Source of the DNA: Amphiscolops sp. MND2022
Lineage: Eukaryota
Direction of reading: 5' to 3'
Assembly: GCA_964187785.1 (NCBI GenBank)
Contig: OZ076411.1
Location: 56,916,001-56,980,000, forward strand
Length of the DNA: 64,000 nt
Shown here: positions 1 through 13,848 of the stretch, piece by piece
How positions within the stretch are numbered: the stretch's first letter is position 1
Layout of the letters: the number at the start of each line of letters is the position of its first letter
Program-made: the position numbers and the translations under genes
The notes under the pieces: model-generated
Database searches by the model: none
What the model saw: only the letters and a program-made list of their open reading frames with translations
Told to the model about the DNA's origin: nothing

Positions 1-120
1 TAAATATTATGTCCAAAGTTATTACAATGGCTAATTCAAAAATTGCAGACGACAAAGAATTTTTGCGAAAAGAATAAATTATGCACAATTAATACCAGCT
101 TACATGTCTTACCATGGTTA

Positions 121-265
121 TCTTGTCAAGATCTTGCCATGATCTTGCCATGATCTTGGCAAGCGTTCCATGCATCATGTTTTTCCATGCGTCTTGGTAA
201 GCCTACCATGCGTTTCCATGTTTTTCCAAGATCTTGGCAAGGCTACCAAGATTCGTGTCACTGGG
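121..265 (-). repeat. End of a non-autonomous DNA-transposon-like repeat (CCCAGTGACAC terminus, CATGGCAAGAT-type subterminal repeats)
   Basis: Reverse complement of 18435-18549. Internal tandem GATCTTGCCAT units. Confidence 0.6.
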
Positions 266-1320
266 CAGTCACATTGATAAAAATCAAAACTAGCAAAAAT
301 CTAGGCAAAATATATCACTGCATGCAAAACTCTTGATTTATGTTTGGCAAATTATTGCACTCTTGATCAAACTATCCATGTTCAAAAAGAAATACTTGCT
401 AATAATGGCTTCCAAAGCTTGGAATCTGCTGGAAGTAAAACACGGATTTCCATTGCGTTGAGTATAACGCCGTGAAAAAAAATGACGGAAGAAAACTGAA
501 GGGAAAGGTACACTAGTCAACCTGGACAGTGGAACAAAATATCGAGTGTAAAGTTCCACGAGATACCCACGCAAGGTTCAACTTCATAGTTTAAAAGTAC
601 TTTGTTCAGGTGAAACTATTCGAATGGCTCTCTTCAAAAGAGGGCTGGAACCTGAGTTGCTGCTTCGGAGACAAGTTCGCTGAGGAGTATATCTTCTCCA
701 AGGTGCAATTAGGCTCCTCATCCAGTGCCAGACCCAGCAGCAGTCGCGCCCAGACCTCAATGGGCAACGAAGAAGACTGGTGACACCTGAATGTACTAGA
801 TGCTGATTCATAGTGCTCGAAATTAGTCACACAATGTACTTTTGTTGCAAACAATAGGATTCTCTCAAAGTTAGAAACCTATCGCATTTCAATTTTGAAA
901 GTCTTGGAAACACTCACTATTATTTGGTTACCAATTTTATATCGAATGTTTTCCAACGCAGTATTTATGGCGTTTTCTGATATCTTGGGAACTTGAAACT
1001 GTTTTACGTTGCAAAACGCAACTCTATTCATTCATCAAAACACTTTTCCAAGGTTTCCAGAAACGTTAACAACAATTTTTGTCATAATTACCTCATTTTG
1101 ATCAAAGCCTTTCAACTTCATCGTGTGAAATCACGTCATTCTTCAATTTGTTGTTGCAATAATTTACTTGGAATTATCTTATCCTCGAGTAAAAACATAA
1201 TCGATAATCTTTTAATTCAAATGGAAGATTATCTTTATCACTGAAAGTTTGAAAAATATCTCAATCAAAAATCTAGGAAACAAGACAAATGTCCCATAGA
1301 GCGCGATCAATCAAAAATAG

Positions 1321-1441
1321 CATTCCTAGTCTCGTCGGCATCATGTTGGAATGAGCGACTTGCAGTCAAAATGTTGCCGGCTGTGCTGAAAAGTTTTTCC
1401 ACGATATCTGATGTTCCGACAGCTTGTTCGAGTCTAGCATA
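1321..1441 (-). pseudogene. hAT transposase C-terminal dimerization-domain remnant
   Basis: Manual translation YARLEQAVGTSDIVEKLFSTAGNILTASRS matches the hATC motif (ERxFSxAGxI). Confidence 0.65.
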
Positions 1442-1901
1442 CTTAACATCTGGAATGTGAATTGTCAACGCACATATAGAAATATGGGGATATTTCCGAG
1501 GAATGATGTATTAGCCAATTAGATTATCGGACAAAATGTTGGATATATTATCGATAAAATTTCGCAGGCAAAATTAAATAATCTAGACCAATATTATCGA
1601 AATTATCTTCAGCTAAGATTATCAATTCAACAAGTCTGCTTGGAATATACGAAACTTTTAATGAGCTTCAGAGCCGAGGATTTATTCGGTTTTTATTGCG
1701 AACATCAATTCTAAAATTTTACAGCTAATCACGATTATCACCTTTTATAAGCACCTTAGAAGCAAGTTCTACACAATCTAGATTGAAAACTTTTAAAAAC
1801 CAAGACTGTACGGAAACCAGTTCAATGCAACTGTACTCAGAAAATGTTCAATGATCCCAAGCGTAATGATTGCAATCAAAGAGGACATCATAACAATGAG
1901 G

Positions 1902-2393
1902 TAGGGCTGTGCAATTATCATTTTTTCGAGTTCGGTCGGTTATCGGTCGGTTGTTTAAAAACTCGGTCGGTTATCGGTCGGTTGTTTATAAACAAATGTG
2001 AACAAAACAGTAATTTTGAACTTCAGTTTTGAACAATTTACTTAATGCAACTTCTCAAAACAACAAGTTCGCGGAAAGTTTCTTTGCGTGGTGATGTTGC
2101 CTGAATCGGACCAATGTCGTTCACTAAAACTGCTGTAGCTGTAGCTGGTATTCCACGTAAAAACTGGGCATTTACACTTAAAAAAGGAAATACTTGTCTT
2201 TCTTTCCAGAAAACCAGTAAACTAGTAAACCATCTTTCCAGTAAACGATGGTTTACTGCAGTTTTTCTTTCCAGCTTCAATCTAATTGTTTGAACGAATT
2301 AACCGAAGTCGGTTATATAATAAGTCGGTCGGTTTCGGTAATTGACAACTTCGGTCGGTTAATCGAGTTCGGTCGGTTAATTGCACAGCCCTA
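1902..2393. mobile_element. hAT MITE (internally deleted)
   Basis: 16-bp TIR TAGGGCTGTGCAATTA / TAATTGCACAGCCCTA. Perfect 8-bp TSD CAATGAGG (1894-1901, 2394-2401). TCGGTCGGTT subterminal repeats. hATC-like remnant FPFLSVNAQFLRGIPAT on minus. Confidence 0.92.
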
Positions 2394-3768
2394 CAATGAG
2401 GACATCTTTCAAACAAAAATAAGTGGTTAGGAGAAGTGGAAACAGTTTTCACATGATTACTTCGTTCAAAATGTCCGAACACGTTCATGGTTCGTCTTTG
2501 TGAGCAACTATCTGGACCTTAAAAGTTGACCATCGAGCTATCCTGTTTCAATTTTTTCCCAATCGTATGTTTTTTGCCTCAAGCTTCACTCTTTTGGAGT
2601 GAATTTTCAACTTCCTTTTTTATAATCTGTTCCAAAAAATAAAGTTAACTTTTGTCTAAATCCAATCATCTAGTTCCTCCTTTGAATATTCATTAACATT
2701 AACAGGAAGCGGATATTTAGTTCAAAACCTATAATCTGTCACAGCCCCAGAGTTGTTGTGGAGAAATAAATCAACCGAGAACGCCTGAGGAGAGAAGCGA
2801 AGAAAGTGACCAGAAAGAAACTGAAGGATGAGCATTAGAACCTGAAAGAACCGAACCAACAAACATCAATTAAAATACAAAACAATTAATTAGTCATTTA
2901 AATAATATCAATAACTTGGCCCTTGTGCAGTTCCTAAAATACATAAATATGTAAATACTTGAATAATATTAACTACAATGAGTTTGATTTGTTTACAGTA
3001 AAACGAACGGCGTGCTGATTGAAATGAATCCAACCAGCACACCGACCAGCTTACTGCCAAAATAACAGCGGAGCCAAGCAAATCTATTTTCATTATTATA
3101 TTAATTAACCAATCAGCGCTTAGCGCAAATTCACTGTGCTAGCTGAGTGGCCTCCCCAGGCAGCTCGCCAGTCAACCAAAAACGGGGACGCTTGCCCAGT
3201 CGCTCGATTCAATTACCAATAACGATGCTATAGATGATGAATATTTTGTGCAAACCTAAATGTAATCCCAACTTAAAAGAAGTTGAAACATGTGAAAACA
3301 AGTGCAGCAATAACTAAATATCCACTCATAACATAATACCGATGCTAGCAAATGAGTTTAATACTAATAATTGTGAGCCAACGTCACAGGCAACCGATTA
3401 ATTAGACAATTTTGAGTCTAAATCCTGGTTGTTGAGGTTGTTAAATTATAGACTAAAAACCCACCAATATCACTACACGCGACCCTTTATGAACCAAATT
3501 AACCTTGAGGAAACTAAAACATAAAGAACAGTGCAGGAACATGATGCAAATGTTATTTGTTAAATGTTAAGTGCCGACCGCATTAAGTTGAAGTGAGGCA
3601 ACACCCAGTCTCTCAATTGATGATTATAAATATTTGTAAAAATCATAAGACTGTTTAGTTCAAGGAAGCGTGTGATTTTCTTTCATTGGTGCAATATTAT
3701 CGTTTCCCTCATGTATTAACCGCTTTAGAATGTCAATATAAATTAATCGTTCCTTTCAGAGTGAGATT

Positions 3769-4872
3769 TGTTCATGCAACTCAGGTCAACGCTCTGGTCG
3801 ACCGTTAAATCAACCTGAAGTAGAACGCGCTACCAGGGGTGTGACCAAAATAATTATTCGTTTAATTCAAGCTAAATACTAATAATGAGATGTGTTTCTT
3901 TGATGTTCAATTGAAAAATGTACTAATTCCATATTTTGTCATTTTTGCAGTTGAATTGTATTTTGTTTCTTTTTCCGCGTTAGAAGCTAGATTTATGAAC
4001 TTTCATTGCTCACTTCATCCTCGGCGTAACTTATTGGCGGGGAATGAAGAAGAAGGGACGCGGAATCGGAACTTCGGCAGGAAGTTGATTCCCACTTTTC
4101 CTAAAGTGGGATGACGTCGAGAGCTGAAGCTCGAGGAACCTTACCTAATTCGGAAAATCCTCGCCGCGGAAGGACGCCGGGCTGAACGAGGTGTGAGTTC
4201 ACACGTAGGATTTATCCCGCGTGTCTAGCAAAAAGTCTTATTACCTAAAACGGGTTAAGAAAAGAACAGTTGAAATTTTGAATTGATGTAAGTCATTTAA
4301 TTTAAAAGTAACCTCTGTAACTTGTTCCTTTGAACTGATTGTTGAAAACTTTTGGAACTCAATCGATTGACTTCGATCGTCTTAGAGTTCAGTATTGTGT
4401 CTGTTAATCCGCTATTATTCCCAATAATCGATCTCTTCTTTTGCAAACTTATTCCAAGAGACTATCAGAATGTCCTAATTTGGATTAGTTCGTCGAGTAC
4501 TTCAAGTCTAGTCAGTGTGAAAATCCTTTCCTCAATGCCTGAGAAATGCCAGAAGAGAAAGTTAAGAAGAGACCCTGTAGAGGACTCGGACCTCGTAGAG
4601 AGTTTTAGTACCCCAACAGACGAAAACAACTGTATCTCGGAACAGGATTTTGAAGAGATTACTAGCAAAGTTGAAAATAAAAAGTCAAAACGTTTGAGGG
4701 GGACTGAACACTGTCAAAGAGAGATACTCAAGTTGATTGAAAATCTGTCTGCCAAGGTGGATAACTTGACTAATTCAGCATCATTAGACCCAGGTTATTC
4801 GAGTTCCAGGGCTGAGACTCACGAAAATCTACACGACGTTTTAACCTCAGAATACGTTGATGTTTCCGAACA
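3769..4872 (+). mobile_element. Probable solo LTR of a Gypsy family, containing an LTR-borne ORF (MPEKCQKRKLRRD..., from 4535)
   Basis: TGTTC...GAACA termini. A ~112-codon acidic/coiled ORF runs to the end, like the LTR ORFs at 37741-38071 and 43626-43977. No clean TSD; left boundary uncertain (3731 is an alternative). Confidence 0.45.
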
Positions 4873-5519
4873 AAGAAACGTAAACTCCAACATAATCACT
4901 TTCAAGTATATCGCTGATTGACTGAAAATCAACAAAACACTTGTTATTTCAAGTACTATATTTGCTGACTGCAAGGCAAGGCCTGTTTTATTCACGACAT
5001 GTTTTCCGGGAAGTCACGGACCAAATCACGGCAAACAGTTCAGCGAGGGAAAATCATGGTACTTTTCTGGAAATCACGTGACGAACGTAGACATTGTTCA
5101 AAATTTATTCAAGTTTCAACAACTTGGAAGCATTGAAGTAGATAAATGATAGTTTCTCCCGGGATTTTTTGCTCAATGAACGTCTTTCATTCGTAAGGAT
5201 AATGTTGTATTGAAAGAAAATGCTCTCCACCGAAGCGGACGATACCGCTAAGAAGGCATTTCTTTGGGCTAATGTGGCAAGCTGGTATCAAGTAACGCCA
5301 AGCGACAAGACTGACTTCACATTGTCAATTTTAACTCATGTGACCTTATTACATTATTCAAACTTTGAAGTTTGTTACGTTATAAACACTCTAAAGTTAT
5401 CTAGTCATATCATTGCGTTTTATACTAATGTGGACCAGTACACTGATATAATGATGTCGTTTTTCGGGTAATACTTTTATCCCAATATTGACCAAGACAT
5501 GCTCAATTTAGTAAACTTA

Positions 5520-5990
5520 GCTGGAACCAATTGTCCGCTGGACACAATTCATATACTCTCAGTTACAATCAAATCGCTGTAATTCACTCTGCTGATACTA
5601 ATTTCTTGCTTCATATTCCATTGGTTTAGTTTAATTTTTTGGGTAGAAAATTTGCGTTTACAATACGTCATTATAAGAGCAAAGATTGTTTCTAATGTCT
5701 TCAACGAGAAAGCAGAAAGCAACGTAAAACCGTTCAAGGCAATCAAACGTGATGTTCGATCTCCAAAAGAGGAATGTGATGTTTGGAAGTTACTCTAGAA
5801 ATGAACTATGAAGCAATCGTGATGAGAAATAGAAGTTCCCCTTGAGTCCATTGGGCTAAACCGATTGGTGAGGCTTTTGGATCGTTAATACATATAAAAA
5901 GTAGGAAAAATAGCAAAATGACTGCTGCGACTGCAAGAATTTTTTTGCGAGATTACTAGCCGAGCCACAAGGAATCTTGATGAGAAACGA
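5520..5990. repeat. Dispersed repeat of unknown family (diverged copy at ~41560-41990)
   Basis: Collinear similarity, e.g. TGGACACAATTCATATACTCTCAGTTACAATC vs TGGACACAATTCTGATACTCTGAGTTACAATC, and GTGATGTTCGATC...GTGATGTT.GGAAGTTACTCTAGA. Confidence 0.6.
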
Positions 5991-6265
5991 AATCTCAGAT
6001 AATAGAATCTATTAACTAAGCAGTCACTGAACAGATCCGTCATTCTATTCGGAACACTCTTGAACAACAGGGAAAAGATATTTGAAAATGTGGACCTATG
6101 GTCCACTGTGCTACACAGGAACTTCGAAGTTTAAAATAGAAGGAAATCAGTAGTGACCAAGCGCAGAAAAGTGTCAAAAAATGATTCAAATATCGGTAAG
6201 TAATCAAGGTCGCTACGTATGGAAGAGCTCTAGAGATTCCCAGGAAAGCGCAAACGGTTACGGCA

Positions 6266-9200
6266 TGGTTCCAGGAGCCAACCTTACCCCTGGTACAGTT
6301 TCTGAATTTTCACTGGACGGCTGATGCAATACAGAGAAGACATACAACGCCAAAATTCAGCTCATATTGAATTTCTGGACACAACGCTCCCCAATCTAAA
6401 GATGCCATCCCCAAACACCCCTACGAATTCCATCAGCCGCCTCGCAGACGTGTAAGTTGGCGATAATAACTGATCATTACGACTACACTGACATTTGATG
6501 GAAAATCCGAGGAACTCAATCAAAGCGTTTGGTGAGAACGGCCAGTAAGAAATTGATAGCCCCCGTTATGTCAAGGTACCACCAAAACTCAAACGCTCAG
6601 TGAACATGGCGAGACTCGAAAACGCCACGTACGACAAAATAGTCACTCACATGAAGTGTAGATTACAAATCAACGTTCTTGACGAACGGGATGATCGACA
6701 TACAAGTCCGAACAACGTCTACCGATCCAAAATCTTACAACCGGGTAGTGGCTTTCTGTCGTCAAGCATCGATCCCAGTTCAACCAGCAACTACGGCAAA
6801 AAGCTACGGCAGGTCAAAGACGACTGCCGGAGGCTCAAACGCAACGAAAGGCAAACGGTAAAAAAACAGTACCCGAAAACCCGAACTAGCTACAAAACAA
6901 ACCACCCGGCTCGGCGTTGTTGGAACGGGGCTTGTGCTCAACTCAAGACCAAGAATCTTAACTTAGAAGTTTCAAAAACTGATGACGCGTCTACTAGTCC
7001 TACTGACGCAAGGAGCAAACCCACCAATTCTATCCTCAACAACCCAGAAAATTGATTTCGCCACGGTTGCAAATAAATAAAAATTAGTACCTACGACTTA
7101 AAAGTACATCATCTGCTGACTGACAGCAGCAGAAAAAGTCAACACCCAATAGCATAAACCACTTGGACCGCGAATCCAACAGACTACACTCTAGTATTCC
7201 TACTAATTGCTCTGTCCCAATCATAGAAAACTACAACCCTTGATAACTTGACCTAGACTACCACATTGTCTCCTGCTGGGACTTTCATCTATACAACTAA
7301 CAACGAATATAATTTTACAATCACTTTGAAAGCAAGACATTGAAATAGAGCCAGACTCCCAAAAGATCGATGAATCTCTAAGTAATGCCCTGACTAAAGC
7401 ACTAGTTGATCCATGGCAAATGAAATGTGATCCCATTCACCGGCCAGCTGAAGACGAGGCGGAGGACAATTTTAACAGAGATTGGCAACAGGTGTCTTCG
7501 TCTACAGCAGTGGAAGCACGCTTTGTGAACCCCTAATCACGAAAACAGGGAAACCTGACAATCAACATTTTGCTCGAATATAAACAACGAATGCTCTACT
7601 TTCAGATAGATTTTGGTGGTGGATCTACATAGGATGATCTTATAGACAGGGGTGCACTATCTAGTGCAATTCCAGAAGCTGATCTACGTGAAGTCAATTT
7701 AGTTGCCCCTCAGGTAACGACTAATGAGGGCCCAGCACCCAACTTGCAAATAATGGTTGCAAATGGATAGCTGTAAAACCCCAAGAACACTGCCAAACAA
7801 AAATTTGAGGTCAGTGACAATGATTTCCAGGAGAGTTTCATCGTAATGGAGAAACTTACACGCCGTTAGTTGGCCTCTCTTCCCTCTAACGAAATAGCAC
7901 TAAATTGGACATGCGACAAGGCGTCTTGCTTGAATTTTCACTATTTCTCAAGGCGTTTGAAAACAGCAGCTGAAAAATACACCAATGTTATGAAGCATAT
8001 CTGCACGTGACCCCATGAGGGACGTGACTATTCCATCCAACGATTGGTAACTAGTTTCAAGGAATCTGCAATTGTACGTTGACAACAATGTCACCGGCAT
8101 CGTTCACCCGAGCAATGTTCTCATTGGGGTTGGACACAATATCTTCTGTACTGCTCTAGTCACTCTGACCCAATTCATGTGAACTATTCCACAGAATATC
8201 CATACACCCTCAGGTTCAGTTAGCCCATTGCCAATTTCTCTGTCCTGACACCAAAATTTAAGAAATTTGTCAAACCTATAGACCCGACGACCACATGACA
8301 CCTCCAGGGAAACCCTAAAAACATGGCTTTTTGCAGGCAGCCTAATGGAGTCCAACAAACTTGATGACTTCAAGGAGAATTGATTCTCAACACCACATGA
8401 CCCTGGAGACCCTCGGGATTGTACACCGATTCAGAAACGCATTCTGAAGCAATTAAAAAATTAAAATTAGAAAAACTTAACCCTTCAAGAATTAGAAGAA
8501 ATCAATCCTCAGGATAACTTTGAGTCAAGATAGCAAGTTTTTAGCAGTTTTGGACAGACATTATGTTACTGGACGGTGAAATCGCTCGCATAGAAGACTT
8601 ACGTAGTCAAGTTCTATGTTGTCTTGGCACGAAACCGATTGGATATGAATGAAGATTTCACGGACCAAATGACACCCAGGGATGATTCCTCCGCCTATAG
8701 TCAGAACTGAACGACGCCAAGCAACTTCATAACGGATCTCCTCGTGGAAGTGCGTCGTTATTGGAATAATAACAACACCCGTGACTACAGGTTTCAAAAA
8801 ATACAGGTCCGACCTTTGCTCAGAAAAAACCCAATTGCAAATGAAGACTCTTAGCCGATCTCAGTAAATTTGATCAATAATTTGATATCCGATGATTACA
8901 GAATCAAGTTTCATACGTGAGCACCCTCACTGATGCAGCCCAACACTGCAGGCGAAAATTTTTTTGAAATAGATTGCTCTCAAGCATACCACTGCCTGCT
9001 AATGGCTGACCAAAGGTCCTTTGAGATGCTAGCACTCCCCTTTGCTAGCAGAACATTCGCATGTTGCAGGCTGGCACAAGGCCTTAGCAGAGCACTGGCT
9101 ACCTGTTCGAGCTTGATGCGCGACTACTTGAAAAAAGTCATCAAAGCCGAACAATGCGCACAATATTCGCACAACGTGATATCGGCATGGCCGCCAAGGA

Positions 9201-12200
9201 TTCACAACATTCCATCAAGAACTTCAGTGCATCGTTTGAACGCATTCAGAAGGCAGACCTAACAGAAAGCTAACATTCTCTCATAGCTACGAACCGAGTG
9301 TATATTATGGTTCAACCTTCGCACGTCGGTACTAAAAACCCTAACCCTGTAACCTCTATCCAAGCGGACTCCAAAATTGCCCGAGAACGGACCATAGATC
9401 AGTCAGAACTACCATCAGTCATTCCCGATTGATAGAGTTCTTGGGGCCAACCCACAGAACTGAGTCATTGCAGCCACGAAAAGCTAATAGAAAGGATAAA
9501 ACTGTTTACACACCACATCAATAGAAAACTAATATGACAATATACTCCTTCTTGGGCAAACCAATCTTCTACAGAAGGGAATGAACCGATTTTTTTGCGA
9601 AAATCAGTCAAATATCGATAACTGGATGTGTATTATTCTCTCCAACTGGGGTTTAAGTAAAAATCCCATTGGAAAATAAGCAAAATCGATAATTGGAAGT
9701 GTATTTTACTCTTCAACTCGGCTCTATGCAAAAATCAAATATGGTATCCCAACTCAACAACTTCAACCAAATCAAAGTGAATGCAGTATAAGTTACCTTC
9801 GGACTGGGACTCAACAAACCAAACAGCATCATTATAAGTGTAATGCATACTGCTCTTCAAGTGGGAACCGATGAGTTGAATCAATTCTCTAAAGATGCAA
9901 TTGGAAGTGTATGATACCCTCCAACTGGATCCAACCAATCTACAACCTGAGTTTAGAAAACCTTAAGATGGACAAATACATACTATGATCTTCAGAAGTT
10001 AAATTTCACGCCCCTTTAAAAGCTGCAAACTCGTGAAATGTCAAAATTGTTATTCTAAATGTCTATTTACAGCCATAAAAAGGCCCCAGGCGATCAAATT
10101 TTTAGACATTGGCTCTAAATTTACCTAATCTATCCATTGGTGCTTTTACTTTCGAAATCCGAGATCAAACGTTTTCTGCCTCTACGGCACCCGTGCCCAA
10201 ACAACATAACCTTATGACCTTGAAACCGGAAACCGTATGTGTGAACACTATGACTCACTACCTACCACATTTCAAAAAACTAAGCCCCCGCGACTGATAA
10301 AAAATAAATGCCACGGTCTTTGAAATACAATTATTACACCACCCCATGTATTAACATAGTGAATAAACACAAAATTTATACCTGTGGACCCAGTTAACCC
10401 TAAATCTCAAAACTTTGCATGCCGCCAGTTGACCACCAATGAAAAACCAAATGCCCCTGACCACTTAAAGTTGAAAGTCACGGCCTAAAACTAAAATGAC
10501 AACCACCCCCATGTACTAACATTATGGATAGCGTATTCTTATTTTGAACCTTCCACACCACCCACAGCCTTGAAAAGTTTTATCAATACATCTGTGGACC
10601 ACAAAAATGTTCATACATATGTAGTTGTCCCCATTTGACCTTCAACCGTCAAAATGTAAGACTTTGAGCGTTTACATGTTTTTTAGTGCTAAATAGTCCA
10701 AACGTTTGTAAAAAGCTTATATTTTGGAGAATGATTGCTCAATCCTTTAGTGTGCGCTCCCAGATATGCTCTATCTATCTAACGATGCTCTAAATTTTGA
10801 AATCCAAGAGAAATTTTTTCACCCTCCTACGGCGCTATATGACTTACATGCTTCCACGCCACCCACAGCCTTGAAACATTGTATCAATACACCTGGGGAC
10901 CTGAAAAGTTCATACATATGTACTTGACCCCGTTTGACCTTGACCTCCAAAGGTCAACCCCCATCATCTTTAAACTTTTCATGTTTTATCATACAAAAAT
11001 AGTTGCGAACATAATTCTGAGGATAACTACTTATTAAATTTAAAGATATTCTAGCCTTTTAAAACATCGTGATGAACATCCGCTTTCTTCACGAACAGTA
11101 TTCACTCCATATGGACTGTAAAAGTCATTTAACAACTATGCTGCTGAATGTAACCTTACAAACTTTGATATAAAACTTATACTCAAATCTTAGCTGTATA
11201 TTTTCATTTATGAACATAAAGTCCTGAAGAGTGATATACGAAAGATCTTGATAAATTAATTTTTCAACCATTTGTTTCATACCAAAGAAAATATTTACAG
11301 AATTCACTAAAAATTAAAGATTTATCCTCTTCAACCAAGACCAAGAGAAACCAGGAAAAAAAATGCCACTGAAGTGTTTGCAAAATAATCCAAGAAAGCT
11401 TACACCAGAAACACCTTTTTGGGGTATAAGCAAGGATCAAACTGGGAAGCAATCAAAAATTGATAACTGATAGTGTACTTCACTCTTTAGCTAGAGTCTA
11501 TGCAAAAATCAAATTGGTGATCAAGACATTCCAAAATGTTTCAAATACCAACATATTACAGTAACTCATACTCAAACCACTGAACACAAATATTCAGAGA
11601 CCATCCTTTTACAAAATACTAGAAACCAACATTACCCTCGCCAACTGGACAGCTGTCGATTGAAGACCAAATTATTACCAGACAAAATTTCGATGAAACG
11701 GGCAGTGTAAAATACAAGCAAGTGCTGCTGGCAAAACACCTACCGACCGAATTACTCAATTTGTTCAACGGGAAGAAGAAAAACATCCGAGAATTAGCAA
11801 AATGTTGCGAGAAAGTTGATGCCAATTCTATTACACGTGGCATAGCAAAAATTATCTGGAAGTAGGCACAGGGATGCGAAACTTGCATTAAAGACAAAAA
11901 AATTTCTAATACGTCATTTACGCTCGAGCTACTCAAAATACCAGAATGGTACTCGAGACCATAGGACGCAATGCAGATACATCTTTTACCGACTTTACCA
12001 CTAGTGGTTGTGGAAAATAATATCACAGCGAAAATTGTTTTATCAACACACCTTCTTACCTACCCAGTCCCATCCGCGTCGGCCAGAAATACGACGAAAG
12101 TATTTTTTGATAAATTGACAAAGCACTTTGAATACCGTCAAAAGAACAGTTTTTAAGTCAAAAGTAGCTGCCGGAGTTGCGCATTTTCGGGAATTCCAGT

Positions 12201-13200
12201 CAAACAAGTGACAACTGAACACTCGCGAACTTTTGGCAAAGTGGAGCGAACGGCTGCTAGTCTGAAAACAAATCCTAAAAGTGGCTCAGGGGAGTACCGG
12301 CGACTATGGCAAAAAATTTACCATTCGCGGTATTCAATTATAACACGACTAACTGTACGACTCTTGGCTGTGAGCACTCGAGGATATTCCATGGAAAATT
12401 ACCATTCCATTTTTTATATCAAATATAATACTCAACCCTAATCCAAAAATTTTACAAGGAAGAACCAACGACAAAAAAATTACGACAGGGAGGTCAAAGC
12501 AGCGCCTTTGAAATTCAACGACTACTATTTTATTTCACAACCTGTAGCCAACCACAAGAGATTAAAAGTCCCGTTGCCAGAAATTCCGTGGAATGGACCA
12601 TATAACGTTGAGAAAGTATTACCGAATGAAACTTATATTATCGGGAAGCCTAACTCGAACAAACCAAAGATTTGACTTGGATTTGGCCTCCGTAAATATG
12701 TCCCAAACACCGTCTTGCAGGACAACCGCCCGGAAGGAAACCTACAAACCGACAATGAAATTGTTACCCTGGGGAGGACTTACATGTTATCAATTGGGAC
12801 AGTGAATTTGGCTCATATGTACTCTAGACGACACAAATGAGTAACGAAAGAGTATCACTAACTATTTTTCACATGGCTCTGATGACACTGTCCATCTAGA
12901 TCAAATTTTTACCGACGTGGACCTTCGGGCCACAAGACTAGAGCAAAATAGCAATATTGATCTTTGCAAAAAACAGCTCCAAACAAAGCAGACGCTCGCC
13001 TAGATGATAAAAAACTATCAGGAGTGTGCGATACAATCGTGCCTGAATATATCAAAAGACGAAAATGACGGCGTGGTTGAACACGTTGAAAGTCCTAGGG
13101 ACGCTGTAACCCAAAGCCTTAGTACTCAGAAGACTTCAGATACTAGAATGTCACTAGCTGATGTCCATAAATAAAATATAAGCTCAAACGTTATGTCGTA
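6266..13200 (+). mobile_element. Heavily degenerate Ty3/Gypsy gag-pol (element B)
   Basis: PBS-like TGGTTCCAGGAG at 6266. Gag remnants 6270-7050; protease IDRGALSSAI ~7640; RT remnant FEIDCSQAYHCLLMADQRSFEMLALPFASRTFA 8933-9262; RNase H split ~9560/11060; integrase CETCIKD...DAMQIHLLP ~11870-12000 and YDREVKAAPL...WNGPYNVEKVLP ~12480-12630. Confidence 0.85.
9600..11050. repeat. Insertion inside element B RNase H, built of short imperfect direct repeats
   Basis: ~40-bp motif ATCGATAA(C/T)TGGA(T/A)GTGTAT...CAACT at ~9614, ~9685, ~9901 (again ~11456). Duplicated ACCACCCC..ATGTA (10339/10503) and TTCCAC.CCACCCACAGCCTTGAAA (10551/10852). Boundaries approximate. Confidence 0.5.
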
Positions 13201-13705
13201 AGCGACAAAAAACGAAAGACAAAAAACACAAGGAAACAAAAACCACCTCAACTCTTTCAGTTTACGGCACAAATGTACACTAAGAACAATTATATTTAAC
13301 TACTGCTGGCATGCACATTCGTCCCTGCGCGGGAAAGTTCAGCATCCGAGAGGAGGCAACTGGTACGTTTTCGGCCTAAAGTTGGACGCACGCCGGGAGG
13401 AGGATCAAAACAACTAGAAACCTGAGAGACTTTGCTAGACTGCTGGTCCCAGCGACTGCAGTGATCAGGACGAAGCAAAGCAAGGAAGTTTGCACGCCCA
13501 AAGGATATTCCCAAGGACAGTATACATCAATCACCGTGCTACTGAAACTTGGCTACAAAGTGAAAAACTTGGTGAAGGAGGATTCGCTTGCTATTGTCTC
13601 CGCCTCGTTGGATACGTTGGCAAAATACGACTGCACAGCAAGTATAACGTCAACAAGAGGCCCGCTAAGCACTGACTTTTTTGTCGTACGAAAAATTCCG
13701 ATGAA

Positions 13706-13770
13706 GGCGAGATTCGAATCCACTATTTACTGCCTGATTGGCGGATGCACTACCAATTGAGCCAAAGTAA
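13706..13770 (-). repeat. tRNA-derived (SINE-like) head with Pol III A and B boxes
   Basis: Minus strand TGGCTCAATTGG (A box, 13753-13764) and GGATTCGAATCT (B-box-like, 13710-13721) at tRNA-like spacing. No complete cloverleaf. Confidence 0.5.
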
Positions 13771-13848
13771 CTGAATTGATAACTAACTAAAGTCGATGGA
13801 GATCGTGGTGATCTGGTAGATTTGGTTTTAAAAAATGCAACACAGATA

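Noticed and set aside
338-1244. Short ORFs as host exons
   Set aside because: No recognisable motif or consistent splice chain; cannot be supported without a search.
3764-4877. TSD for the putative solo LTR
   Set aside because: Flanks AGATT / AAGAA do not match (TAGAA / AAGAA for the 3731 start is only 4/5), so no TSD is claimed.
11050-12200. Possible Polinton-type polymerase remnant
   Set aside because: Frame-by-frame translation gives Gypsy RNase H and integrase motifs instead.
13706-13770. Functional tRNA gene
   Set aside because: Only A/B boxes are recognisable; acceptor and anticodon stems do not pair convincingly.
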